This document shows positions 47,972 to 61,130 of a DNA stretch of 64,000 nucleotides, one piece after another (positions within the stretch are counted from its first letter, which is position 1; every line of letters begins with the position of its first letter). Where the stretch lies: positions 97,776,001-97,840,000 of the forward strand of contig NC_086107.1 in the NCBI RefSeq assembly GCF_963921235.1, in the 5' to 3' direction. The translations under genes were made by a program, and so were the position numbers. The stretch is from Mobula hypostoma. Taxonomy: Eukaryota. The notes under the pieces were generated by a model. It had not been told where the DNA came from, did no database searches, and saw nothing but the letters and a program-made list of their open reading frames with translations.

Positions 47972-50900
47972 GTATGGAATAAAAGATTGCGTCTAAGGGA
48001 GGGAAGGGAATTTAGAAACAGTACGTCACTGAGGAATATCATGTATTACAGATTGACAAGCATGGATCGGTTTACATCACCCATACACCCAGCCCTGATG
48101 ATAAAATATTATCTTCACACAAATAACTGTAAATTTTGCCTTTATTTCTAACAGCTTAGTAACTCACGTTGTCAGTATTATTTACTTTTCTAAAAATTAT
48201 TTATACAATTTGTCTTCCTTTCCACATCGGTTGATTGTCAGTCTTTGATTATGTATAGCTTTCCAAAAAATCTATTGTATTTTATTTTCCTGTAATGCCT
48301 GCAAGAAAATGAATCTCAGGGAGTATACGGTGACGTATACATATTTAGAAAATACATTTGCTTTGAACTTTATTCCTCAACAGTCACAGTTTCATGACTT
48401 AAAATTTGTGACCTTAACATTCAGCTAGCCGTTTACAAGTTGGTAATTGTGTTCTTTTCTCTTGTATTTTGGTTCAACAACATGATTCACAGCTATAGTT
48501 ACTTACATCCGCAAACTGGTTGTGAGGGAGGAGTTATGCTGCATAACTGTGAGGCTAAATCTCAGCACTGACTGGAGATGTGAGCACGAAGGCACAGAGG
48601 GATGTGTGTCACTGGTGGGTGTCCTGTATGGTGAAGGGGGCATTGAAAGAGGTTTGGGGTAATAGGCATAGCAGCTTCCTGAGGAGATTGAGACAAGCGA
48701 GACCTTCCCCACCCGCCAACTGAATTTTACAGGAGCACCATTGAGATCATCCTGACAAGCTGCATCTCCATCTGGTATGAAATTAGCCGAGCATCGGACC
48801 GGAAATCTCTATAAAGGACCGTGAGAATGGCAGAGAGGATCAGAGGGGTCTCCCTATCATTCACAGGGGACATTTATCAGGAGCACTGCGTGCAGAGGGC
48901 CCTTAGTATTATCGAGGATCCCACCCATCCATCCAACATCCTCATTGACTATCTACTATCCGGCAGGAGACTACAATGCATAAAAACAAAAACGGTCAAG
49001 GATGGCAAACAGCTTCTCCCCTCAGGCCATTAGGCTTCTGAGCTCCCTCCCTGCCACATCGCATTTAAAGTGTCACCGGATCATTTGTATCACACCCGAC
49101 TATATTTAATTTATGCACTTTACTTTGTTTATCTATGCATAATTAATCTGTAGATTTAGTTCTTACTTTCCTAAGTTATTGTGTGTTATGTGTACTACTG
49201 TGCTTTACACCCTGGTCTGGAGCAACATTGTCTCATTTGACAGTATGTTGTTAAATGACAATAGACATAACTTGTGGGTGAACGTGCTGCACTGCTCGGT
49301 TGAGATAATTGAATTTGTGTTTGAATCCAGGAACAAACACCACTGTGATACTGATTCTATAGCCAGAGGCAGCCGGAGGTATTTAATGCTAACAATGAGC
49401 ACATACCACTTACCTGTCTAATTTCTTCACCCCACAACATCTCATCCGCCAAGATATCAGTGCACCTGTTCATTTTTGTCTCTGCACCGTAGATACTTCC
49501 ATAGTCAGACAACACACAAACAGCCCCCTCAGTCCAGCACATTGATGATGACCATTTCTACAATAATCTATTTACTATTACTTAGTCCTACCATGCCTTT
49601 GTGATTCATATGCATGTCTTGATATTATTTACATCAAGGCATGCATATGAAGATTCTGGCTGCCTCTGTCACCTTCTCAGCCAGTGCCTTCCAGATTCCT
49701 AGCCACCCACTGGGTGCAATAAAAGCCCTCACTTCTCTAAAATCTTTCCTCTAAAGCACTCTTACTTCTCACATTAAACCTATGAAGGGTCCTGGCCCGA
49801 AACATCAACTGTTTATTCATCTCCATAGATGCTAACTGACCTGAGTTCTTCCAACACTTTGTATGTGTTAAACCTATGCCCTTTGCTTTTAGACATCTCC
49901 ATTATGGGGAAAATTTCTCACTATCCACTCTGTCTATGTTCCTCAGAATTTTACAGTGCAGTATGTCTTTAGATACAAGTAACAAAACTGATGTATGCGT
50001 GTCTCTACCTTTCCCTGTCGCTTTCAAAACTACTACGCAAATGTACAGTCTGCCAAAGTAACACTCTTTAGGCTGCTCTACCCTCACCTCAGGAAGTTAA
50101 AATCCTCAGTAGTACCAAAGACCATCCATTTCAATTGAAATTTACTTCACCTACAGAAAATGCAGGAAATAATCAGTAGGTCAGGCAGCAGCTATGAAAG
50201 GAGAAACAGCAAATATTTCAGACCTCTAAAGTCTGCAATTTTTGATTTTTATTTGTTTCAACAACAGTGCATTGCATTTCTAAGGTGCTTTTAATGTCAA
50301 CTAATATCCCAAAGCATTTCATAGAACTGATAGTTAAAAGATAATACAGAATCACAATACAAGAAATGAAAATGGTCAGGAGAGGCTTCATAAAAGATGT
50401 AAACGCAAAAGGAAAGTCAGAAGAGGTTAGGTCAAATATTCCAGAATTGAAGGCCCACGCAATTAACATTACAAGTATCAATGAGGTAATCTGGATACCA
50501 AGTACAAATGATCTCAGAATATTATAGAACTGGAGATTGTGTATGGGAGGTAACGGAGAGATTTCAACATGAAAGGGGGAATTGTTCAATCCTGGCGAGT
50601 TGCCAGGGAAGCATTGGGTGCCAGTGAATTATGGAGTAAATGAAGATTCTGGCTGCAGAGTTTTGGATGTGAGGAGTCAATGTGATGTCCTGCCCAGGAG
50701 AACATTAACCCCCAGTTGATTCTCGGGCCTGGGTGATAACGATGCGAACTGTATTTGTGACTGAGTCTGTGCGTGTTCCTGTTTTTTTTCTGACTTTCTA
50801 TGGATGGATTTTGGGCTTGTTGTCCTTGTCCGTTCCTGAGTTGAATGAGTTGAGGGTCATTGCCTTGATGGTACATGGGTCCATTCTTCCCTTCCTTTCT

Positions 50901-52734
50901 TTCAATTTTCCTTCCTCCTCCTCTCCCTCCATTCCAATGACACTATGGATGGTTGGGTTCTTTCTAGACCACCTCGGGTGTCATAGAATCATACAGCATG
51001 GAAACAGCATATTTGACCCCCTCCCACCATGCTCATAATGATCATAAGGTGATATCCCATTTATCAACACTTGGTCCATAGGCTTTCCTGCCCGTTTAAA
51101 TACTTATTAAGTGTTTTAATGGTACCTGCCTCAACCACCCATTCAGGCTTCAGATTCTACTGACCCCCTGGATAAAAACCGATCTCACATAAATTCCCTC
51201 TAAACCTTCTACCTTTTAAACTAAACCAATCTCTTCACGTTTTAGTTACCTTGGGTGTCGGGAAATATTTTTCACTGTCTACCTTATTTGTGCTCTTGCT
51301 ATGTACACCAGCTTATCCAGTCTGTCTCGTAACTGAAATGCTCCATCCCAGGAAAATCCTGGGAAATCTCCTCTGCACCATCTGAAGACCAGAACTGCAG
51401 ACAGTACTCCAATGTAGCCAAACTTTTATAAAGTTGTACATAGCCACCCTGCTCTTAAATCCTGTGCACTGGCTAATGAAGGCAAATATTCGGTATGCCT
51501 TCTTCACCATCTTGTGCATCTGTTCTGTCAAGTTTAGGAATCTCGATACTTCAAAGTTCAAAGTAAAATTTATTATCAGAGTAGGTACACGCCACCACAT
51601 ACAACCTGACATTCCTTTTTCCTGTGGGCATACTCAGCAAATCTATAAAACAGTAACTGTAAACAGGATCAATGGAAGAGCAAGATCACAGAAGACAACA
51701 AACTGTGCAAATGCAAATACAAATATTTAGCAATAAATCAGATTATGGAATAACACAATAAAGAGTCTTTAAAGTGAGATCACTGGTTGTGGAAACATCT
51801 CAATAGATGAGTGTAGTTAACCTCTTTTGTTCAAGAGCCTGATAATTGAGGAGTAGTAACTGTTCTTGAACCTGGTGGTGTGAGCCCTGAGGCTCTTGTA
51901 CCTCCTACCTAATGGCAACAGCGAGAAAAGAGCATGGCCTGGGTGGTGAGGATCTCTGATGATGGATGTTGCTTTTCTACTTAAATGTTTCACATAGATG
52001 TGCTCAATGGTTGGGAAGGGCTTTACTCGTGATGTAGCGGGCCAAATCCACTAACCTTTTGTAGGATTTTCTGCTCAAAGGCATTGGCGTTCCCATATCA
52101 GGGCGTAATGCAACCAGTCAGTACACTTTGCGAATAGGTGTTTGACAAGGTTTTTGGTAACATGCCAAATCTCCGCAGACTGCTAAGGAAGTAGAGGCAA
52201 TTGTCGTGCTTTCTTTGCAATTACATTTATATGATGGGTCCAGGGCAGGTCCTCTGAGATAGGAACACTGAGGTCCACTGTTCCTCAATAACCTCTAGGG
52301 GTTTTCCATTCATTGTGTAGGTCTTAATCTTACTAATAAAGATTTTATCGTCATTCAGTTCCATCTGCCTCTGCTGTGACCATTTTTACAATTGATCAAT
52401 TATAATCCTGCAGCCCAAGCCTCCACTCCTCACAATCATCAAAACTGCCAATTCTGTTATTCTGCAAACTGATTAATCCTCAACAATCATATCCAAGTTA
52501 TTAGCATAGAAAGTAAATATTAAGGGTTCCCGTGCTGATCCATCACTGGCCTCGGACTCCCAGTCACTAAAACAACACTGCTCCATCACCGCCTGCCTCA
52601 TTATTGCCAAATCAATTTTGGGACTTGCTGTGAATCCCATGGCGGAATGGGTGGATAAAAAGGTGAAGGAGGCACTTGGGATATTGGTCTTCATTAGCTA
52701 GTGCACAGAATTAAGGAGCAGTGAGGTTGTGGGA

Positions 52735-52935
52735 TAACACGGTAGCACAGCCCTTTACAGTACAGGAGACCCGGGTTCAAATCCTGTCATTGCCTGTAAG
52801 GAGTTTGTACTTCTCCCTGTGACTGTGTGGGTTTCCTCTGGGTTCATTGTCCCATGATTAGGCTAGGATTAAATGGGGGGGTGGGGGGGAGTTGCTGGGT
52901 GGCATGGAATGGCCTGTTCCACAATGTACTCAATA
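52735..52935 (+). mobile_element. tRNA-derived V-SINE-like element; other copies at about 56490-56770 (-), 56780-57110, 57128-57360 and 63380-63560 (-)
   Basis: B-box gggttcaaatcc followed by tgtaaggagtttgtac..tgggtttcctc core. Confidence 0.75.
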
Positions 52936-52966
52936 AAAACTTTATAAAACATTTGTTATAATCCTT

Positions 52967-53185
52967 TCCAATGGATTAGGAAGGAGGAGTTAGAATGCAC
53001 AGTAATTATGGGAAAGATTAAAGGGAAGAAAGCAAGAGGAAGGCAAAGACAAATGATGATGGAGACAGCAGCCAGAGAACTGGAAATGAATACCAATGAA
53101 TTGATCCACTTGACCCAAAACAGGAGTGTGTGAACCATGGCAGTCAAAGCTCAAACAGGGCATGGCACCTGATAATAATGATGAT
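52967..53185 (+). mobile_element. RTE LINE 3' end with (gat)n tail
   Basis: RKEELECTVIMGKIKGKKARGRQR...GHGT* followed by taataatgatgat. Confidence 0.8.
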
Positions 53186-53889
53186 CTTGTCATATCGTGT
53201 AACATCAACTTTAATTCCCTCATCAATAAACTTTACTACCACTTTAGAAAAATTCAGTCAAATTGTTCAGGAAAGGTGTCTCCCTATCAAAGCCATGCTG
53301 ACAATGGTTGCCCTAGAGAACAATTAGAAATGAACAAAAATTAATGGCCTTGTCAATACCACCACAGCCTTCCTTTTCTTCCCAAATGTAGATTAATCCT
53401 GTCTAGTGTGAATACAGTACTCTTGTCCTCACAAACAGAATCAAGTTTAATATCACCAGCAGATGTCACAAAATTTGTTACCTTTGCGGCAGCAGTAAAA
53501 TACAATACGCAATAAATATAGTGAAGTAAATAAATCACTTACAGTAAATATATCTACTTATATCAAACAATTAGGTTAAAAATAGTGCAACAGAAGTGAG
53601 GTAGTGTCCATTGAGAAATCGGATGGCAGAGGGGATGCAGGATGAATGTGACAACATGGGATGCTGTCGAGATCTATGGGGATGATGCAGGTTTGGAGAC
53701 TATCTTGACAGTGGTTTTTGTTTGGAACAAAGCAGAGGGCGCACTGATACCAGTGCTGTTTATTGAACTAAGAAAAGTCTGCACAAAGTGAATAGGAGGG
53801 GCCCTTTCCCTTTAAAGCTGGGGTTCCAACCTTTTTTATGCCATGGACCAATATCAGTAATGAAGGGGTCAGTGGACCCCAGGTTGGGA

Positions 53890-54272
53890 ACATAGAAACA
53901 TAGAAAATAGGTGCAGGAGTAGGCCATTCGGCCCTTCGAGCCTGCACCGCCATTCAGTACGATCATGGCTGATCATCCAACTCAGAAACCTTTACCTGCC
54001 TTCTCTCCATACCCCCTGATCCCTTTAGCCACATGGGCCATATCTAACTCCCTCTTAAATATAGCCAGTGAACTGGCCTCAACTGTTTCCTGTGGCAGAG
54101 AATTCCACAGATTCACCACTCTCTGTGTGAAGAAGTTTTTCCTCGTCTCGGTCCTAAAAGGCTTCCCCTTTATCCTTAAACTGTGACCCCTCGTTCCGGA
54201 CTTCTTCAACATCAGGAACAATCTTCCTGCATCTAGCCTGTCCAATTTCTTTAGAATTTTATACGTTTCAAT
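53890..54272 (-). mobile_element. Comparatively well-preserved CR1 3' end
   Basis: TRGHSLRIKG..NFFTQRVVNLWNSLP..FKRELD plus (ttctatgt) tail. Confidence 0.9.
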
Positions 54273-54593
54273 CAGAACGTCTGCTTTAAGGGATGATCAG
54301 TAATTCGGGGCATGGATTGGCGGAAGAACTAAGATGAAAGGTGAGAAAAAGTTGTTGGTGAAAATCTGAAGGTAACAGCATGAGCCCCGACATCATTTAA
54401 ACAGAATGAGTTTTAATGATAACTTGTAGGGCTGTGGACAAGAACTGGGATGTGAGATTAACTTGAAATCCAGTTTGACCGGCATGGTTACAATGGGCAG
54501 ACGGATATGAGTCCAAGTTTGTACACGACTGATATTCTGAACGTGCTTGTCCTTCCCTTCCCACTAACATGGATGTCTGATCTTCCTTAACAG

Positions 54594-54679
54594 GCAGCAG
54601 TGCTCCTCCTGGTAGCGGCCCCTTTACAGCACTGACTCCAAGCATGTGGCCACAGGATTTAATGACCAAGATCTCCCAG
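54594..54679 (+). CDS. SGSM3: SGSM3 (small G protein signaling modulator 3) coding exon 2
   Basis: Branch point ctaac, ttccttaacag| and |gtaaga; encodes GSSAPPGSGPFTALTPSMWPQDLMTKISQ, matching the recalled human N-terminus GPFSALTPSIWPQEILAKYTQ. Confidence 0.93.
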
Positions 54680-54864
54680 GTAAGAGAGAGCCCTTCTCTA
54701 AACAAAAGGCTCTGTCCGAATGATGGGTAGCTTGCAGTTTTTCCTCTTGGATGGAATTAACATCTCAGCACTGTGTGAATGAACTTCATTTGTCCGCCTT
54801 GGTTTAATAATCGCATGGCAGAGCAATTATAGGAGTTGGAAATAACTGGGAAGATGCGTAGCTG

Positions 54865-55192
54865 GGGTGGTTGAGTTGTTCTCTGATCTTGGCAATTTAC
54901 TCTGCAAATGTAAGGAGACATCGTCAATGCGCTGTTGATTGTGGTGTGTCCTCAGAATGCTTGGCCTTTATATACCTTTCAATCAGCTGATTGGTCGAGA
55001 TTCTGCCCCCCAGCCCCGCATATGACAATTGAGTTTCCGAAATGACGGCCAATCAGCTGAGTGAAAAGTATATAAAGGCCAAACGCCCGGAGGACTCACC
55101 ACAGTCAACAGTGCACTGACGATGTCTCCCTGCATGGTGACGAAACATTTGCAAGTAAATTGCCAAGGTCAGACAACAACTCAGCCCAACCA
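54865..55192. mobile_element. Inverted pair of Penelope pLTR-like repeats with CCAAT, TATA and a hammerhead core
   Basis: The arms are reverse complements; right arm has ccaatcagctga (55049), tatataaa (55069) and tgca-CTGACGA-t-gtctcc..ggtgac-GAAAC-att-tgca (55112-55153). Confidence 0.75.
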
Positions 55193-57521
55193 GTTATGTT
55201 AGTAACCTAACAAAATCAGATACCAGAGTACAAGTGGTCACTGTGGAATTTAGATTCATTTAATAAACAATTTTTTGAAAGGAAAATTGCCATTGGTAAT
55301 GATGAGCACAGAATGAATGGATTGTCATTTTACTAATGTTCTCCAGAGAGGGAACCTTCCTGGGGAGCCAATGTGGGACTCTAGACTCCTACTCCTCAGT
55401 TATCTCTGAAACAGCTCAACAAACAGTAGGGTTGGCAGTTAGGGAAGCCCAGATGCTGAAAGATGAATTGAAGCGAATTAATTATTTAGAGACTGTGGAT
55501 GGTACTGACGAAGCAATCGTTTTTCTTTTATTTCTAATTGTCTTCTAGATCGGCCTCTTAAATTATTGTATTTCCTTTGCTTCTGGAACTCATAGACTCA
55601 TATAGTGGTGAAACAGGCCCTTTGGCCAAACTGGTCCATGCCAACTGTGGTGCCTTGTGTGCCCTCATAGTGCAGTTGAGCATCTAGGCCCAGCTATGGT
55701 GAAGGGGGGTTCCTAAGGTTGTCATAGCTGGAGGTGGTAATGGGGATAAGCTCCCACTATGTGTAAGGTGCTCCAAATAGCATGCATCTCTAACAGCCTC
55801 TGACAATCAAGTCCAAATCTTGGCCTTCACGTGTGGCTTAGCCCGGTGGAACTGTTTCCACTGATAGGAGAAGGTGCAAAGACAGACCACTGGTGCCTCA
55901 AAGCCCGTTGCTTCGGGCTGGTGGGGCTCGGCAGCCCACCTAGAAGAAGGAAAACTCTGATTTTAAACCTCTGCTGCCTTGTGGCCATGGGAAAGGCTTC
56001 GGACTAAACACCGAGGAAGATATCCGGAGCCGGGGTCGCTAAGGCAGTTTGATGTTTACAACTTTACTCTGGCAACCTCTGCAACGACACTGGTGCCAAG
56101 CTGTATCGGCACTTGCCCTTCCCTTGGACTACATCAGTGACGTGGAGAGGGGGAGCCCACTGCATGGACAACAGCCAGTTCTTCAAATCTTCCTGCCCAG
56201 GCTTGAACCCTGGAGAGGACACAGTCCATCAAAGGCGCAAACCCACAATCCCCTGGGATCGACGGCTGCCTTCTACTATGGTGAAGGGATGGTTAATATA
56301 TACCGAGTGGGAATGTGGAACGACTTGGGGACCACGATGACAGAGGCTGTAGGAACGTGACCATTCTGTGAATGGTACATCTACTACGTCAGTAGTGAAG
56401 GGAATGAAAGCTTCAGGTGGCAAATAGCATGCTAACTCAGTGTTTGCTTTGTATTATGTTATGGTGCAGACTTTCTTCGATGTTCATTTTCGTTTAGCGA
56501 TACAGCATACGGTAGGCCTTTCCGGCTCTTTAAACCACGCCACCCAGCAACCTCCGAATTAACCCTAACCTAATCATGGAATAATTTTCAATGACCAATT
56601 ACCCTACTAACCGGTACATCTTTGGATGGCGGGAGGAAACCGGAGCACCTGGAGAAAACCCATGCATTCCACAGGGTGGACGTACAGACTCCTTACAGAG
56701 GACGCTGGCATTGGACTCTGAACTCCAATGCACCGAGCTGTTACGGTGTCGCGCGAGCCACTACAGTACTGTTTTATTAGGTGGCACAGTGGCACAGCTA
56801 GCAGAGCACATCTCCAGTGGTCCACGTTCGATCTTGACCTTGAGTAGTGTGTGTGTGTGCGTTTGCACATTCTCCACCCACCCCCCCACCCCAAAACCTT
56901 CAGCAACTCTGGTTTCCTCTTGTACCCCAAAGATGTGCAGGTTGTTGCCCACGTTAATCCTCCCAGTTTGTCAGTGAATGGTAGAATTGAGGAGAGGTTG
57001 ATGAGAGCGTGGGGAGAATTAAGAATGGGATTAGGTAGGGTTGGTGTAATGGGTGGCTGATCATCTCTGTAGACTAGGAGGGCTGAAGGACCTGTTTCTG
57101 TGTGTTGTATCCTTGATCATTACCATAGGGCGCCACGGCAGCGTAGCAGTTAGCGTGACGCTATTACGGATTGGGACGTCAGAGTTCAGAGTTCAATTCT
57201 AGCACAGTCTATAAGGAGTTTGTATATCCTCCCTGCAGATGCTCTGGTTTTCCAAATGTACCACTTAGTAGGTTAATTGGTCATTTTACATTCTCCTGTG
57301 ATAGGCTAGTGTTGAATAAGTGGGTTGCTGGGCAGTGCGGCTCGTTGATTCCGCCCTGAATCTCGAAGTAAATTACAGATGGTGCAAATGGTGTCAGGAG
57401 TTGAATGGTCCACTCAGGATACCCAGCCTTGTAGACATGGCATTTATGTGACTGGTCCAGTTGAATTTCTGGTTATTTGAGATCCCAGGATCAGGGCTTT
57501 GGCGATAGGAATTGGTATATT

Positions 57522-58496
57522 CTAAACACAAAATAATCTGCAGATGCTGGGATCAAAGCAACACTCACAACACACTGGAGGAACTCAGCAGGTCGGGCAG
57601 CATCCGTGGAACAGGACCCCACCACTAAGCACATCTTTCCCTCTCCAACCCTCTCAGTTTTCTGCAGGGATTGGTCCCGCCGCGACTCCCTGATCCACAC
57701 GTCCCTCCCTACGGATCTCGCACCCGGCACTTATCCCTGTAAGTGTAAGTGCTACACCTGTCCCTGCACCTCCTCTCTTGCCACCATTCAGGGCCCCAAA
57801 CAGTCCTTCCAGGTGAGGCAACACTTCACTTGTGAGTCTGTTGGGGTCGTCTGTTGCATCTGGTGCTCCCGGTGTGGCCTCCTCTACATTGGTGAAACCC
57901 GACGCAGATTGGGGGACCACCTCAATGAGCACCTCCGCTCCGTCCGCCACAACAGACAGGATCTCCCGGTTGCCACCCACTTCAACTCTGCTTTCCACTC
58001 CCATTCAGATGTGTCCATACATAGCCTCCTCTACTGCCATGATGAGGCTAAGCTCAGGTTGGAGGAGCAACACCTCATATACCGTCTAGGCAGTCTCCAG
58101 CCCCTTGGTATGAACATAGAATTCTCCAACTTCCGGTAATTCCCTCCCCCTCCCTTCCCCTATCCCTATTTCACTCTGCCCCCTCCTCCATCTGCCTATC
58201 ACCTCCCTCATGGTTCCGCCTCCTTCTACTACCCATTGTGTTTTCCCCTATTCCTTCTTCACCTTTCCTGCCCATCACCTCCCTGCTTCCCCTCCCCCAC
58301 CCCTTTATCTTTCCCCTTACTGGTTTTTCACCTGGAACCTACCAGCCTTCTCCTTCCCACCCTCCCCCCACCTTCTTTATTGGGCCCCTTCCCCCTCCCT
58401 CTACAGTCCTGATGATGGGTCCTGGCCCGAAACGTTGACTGATCGTTTCCACGGATGCTGCCTGACCTGCTGAGTTCCTCCAGCGTGTTGTGAGCA
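57522..58496 (+). mobile_element. Penelope-like element 3' portion (GIY-YIG endonuclease) with inverted terminal segments and a 13-bp TSD
   Basis: VVCCIWCSRCGLLYIGETRRRLGDHLNEHLR..PVATHFNS..LGSLQPLGMNIEF; gaattggtatatt at 57509-57521 and 58497-58509. Confidence 0.92.
58404..58441 (+). ncRNA. Minimal type I hammerhead ribozyme of the Penelope pLTR
   Basis: CAGUC-CUGAUGA-U-GGGUCCUGGCCC-GAAAC-GUU-GACUG: intact core with a palindromic ACGU mini stem III. Confidence 0.8.
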
Positions 58497-59369
58497 GAAT
58501 TGGTATATTGTTTTGCGATAGCAGAGGAGACCAGACATTGAAAATGCCTTCATGTTGCCCATGGTTAAACCCATCATCTTCCTTGAAGATCTAAGTCTGG
58601 GTCCCTTGGACAAAGAAGCAGAAGTGTCTTGATAGGTGCACAGACATTCAAGGCTAATGGTAGAAGGGTGGTTACAAATGAATGGAGAGCTGAGTGAACA
58701 GGTGACCAGAGCAGACTTTATCTGGCATGGTCAACAGGTGGTGAATATAGCTAAGCAAATGGTTAGCAATTATTGCCCATTCCATACTGTCTTCACAAAG
58801 GTGGCAATGAGTTGTCACTTTGAATTTCTGCAGTCCGTGTGATAAAGGCACACCCACTGTTGGGCAATTCCAATTTTTCCTGCCCTCTTCTGCTTATCCT
58901 TGATTTCCTTTGATTAAAAATTAATCCGTTGAACTAAATGGACAGTGTTTATTATAATTATAATACTAACTTAATCTTTTGAGCACTTTTCATGCAGATG
59001 ATTCAGTTCAAAGTGATTTACGATGGGAAATGAGTTGTCACTTAGTGGTCTGGTCTTAAGTTGCAACTGTTTTACGCAAGTGCATGTGGGGAAATGGTCA
59101 CAGGCTTGTGCACCGAGTGACAAACAGTTGCAGCTTTTATACAGAAAATACAGTTGCAGACAACTGGCCTCTGGTACATTTCTCACTGGGTTAGTCACTC
59201 TTACTGCTGCATACAAGGGTGTGTACTCAGCTGTGTTTCCTGGTATTTTGTTTTGCTGACACTGAGGGAAAGATTTCTGTCTTGACTCCATGCCACTAGT
59301 CTCTCTGTTTTCTTCCTGTACTCCCACCTTGTCATTGTTTGAGATCCGGCCCACTTTGGTGCTGTTAAA

Positions 59370-60730
59370 TGCAACTTTATAAAACTCCGGTTAGGCCACA
59401 CCTGGAGTATTGTGTACAGTTCTGGTCACCCCACTATAGGAAGGATGTCGAGGCTTTGGAGTGGGGGCAGAAGAGGTTTACCAGGATACTGTCTGGCTTT
59501 TAGGGCATGTGCTATCACGAGAGGCTGGATAAACTTGAGTTGTTTGCTCAGGAGCACCGGAGGCTGAGGGGAGAGGTTTACAAGGTTATGAGAGGCATGG
59601 ATCAAGTAGAGAGTGAGTATTTTTACCCTGGGTGGAAATCTCTAATACCAGAGGGCATGCATTGAAGTGAGAGGGAGTAGGTTCAAAGGGGACAAGAGGG
59701 GTAAGTCTTTTACTCAGAGTAGTGGATGCTTGGAATGCAACGCCTGGTATGTCAGTAGAAACAAATACATTAGAGGCTTTTATGAAAGGTTTAGATAGGC
59801 ACATGAATATGAGAAGATAGAAGGTTATGGACATTGTGCAGGTAGGTGGGATTAGTTTTTGGGCATTTGATTTACTTTTTAGCTGGTATGGCACAACATT
59901 TTGGGCCGAAGGGCCTGTTCCTGTGCTGTACTGTTCTGTGTTCTACCTGCAAGCTTATAGACGGAGGTAAATGGCTGCACAGGACATGGAGGACAGTGTG
60001 GGCCACGTTAAAGTGCTAGAGCTTTTTGAGAATCAAGATGTGGTGATGTTGGATCTTTTGAACAATATCAAGATGGATAAGTCCCCAGGACATGATATAC
60101 TCAATCCCAGGTTATTGAAAGAGACAAGAGAAGAGATTGCTGGAGTCTTTACAAAGACCTTTGTATTTTCATGTGCCCCATTCTGGTTGCCCATTACAGT
60201 AAGGACATGGAGGCTATGAAAAGGATCTAGGGTTCTGCTTGGATTAAAGGGTGTAAGCCATAAGAAGAATTTCGACAAACTTGGGTTGTTTTCAATGGAG
60301 TGTTAGAAGCTGACAGGAGACCTGATTAAAATTTTATAAAATGATGAGCAGCACAGATAGAGTGGACTGTAAGAATCTTCTCAGGGTAGAAATGTCAAGA
60401 AATGGGGGTCATGCATTTGTGTTGTGAAGGAGAAGTTTAAAGGAGATGTACTGAGTAGGTTTTCATATACAATACTCAAGGCACTCTAGCTATATGTACA
60501 GAATGTGTCTAAGACTTTTGCACAGCACTGTTCCTCGAGTAATAGGTGCCTGGAACAGGCTGCCAGGGATAGCGATGCAAACGGATACAACGGTGGTGTT
60601 TAAGAGGCTGGTAGACAGAACGATGATTATGCAAGGAACAGTAAGTTATGGATCACGTACAAGTGGAAGGGATTTAGTTTAATTCAGCATCATGGCACAG
60701 ACATTATGGGCCGGAGGGCCTGTTCCTGTG
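59370..60730 (+). mobile_element. Two adjacent CR1 3' fragments with an inserted hairpin MITE remnant
   Basis: RPHLEYCVQFWSP, DKSPGHD and GAWNRLP motifs. Confidence 0.8.
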
Positions 60731-61004
60731 CCTGTGCTCTACTGACCTGCGTTCCATGGCAATACCTTCTATGCCTGGGCGATTCAAAGTGCTCGACTAG
60801 ACACTTTATAAGAGGTGTCAGTGACCCTGCTTTTACCTCTCTCTCAGGTAGCGCTTTCCAGGGTGAAAACGGTCTCCCTCAGATCCCTCTATACTTCTCC
60901 CTCACCCTAATTCTAGAAGAGGTCTTATCTACCTCTGACATGAGGAGAAGTTTCCTGCAGTCTGCCCTTGCCCTATCTATACCCCATAATTCTGGACCAG
61001 TACT

Positions 61005-61130
61005 GCTGGGGCCTGATCCGCCCTGGCTGGGTCACCTGGGTGATAATGTCTGAAAGACCCGAGGCACCCAACGACCCCAGGTTACATCACTGCTGATGTG
61101 TCCCAGCACATCCTATGATGTATCTCAGCA
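61005..61130 (+). mobile_element. Isolated 3'-UTR relic, probably of a second Hero-like family, with a decayed permuted hammerhead layout
   Basis: gggtg(61038-42)/caccc(61065-69), taatgt(61044-49)/acatca(61084-89), gagg in place of GAAA, ctgctga in place of CTGATGA, in the same order and similar spacing as 6582-6636. Confidence 0.55.
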
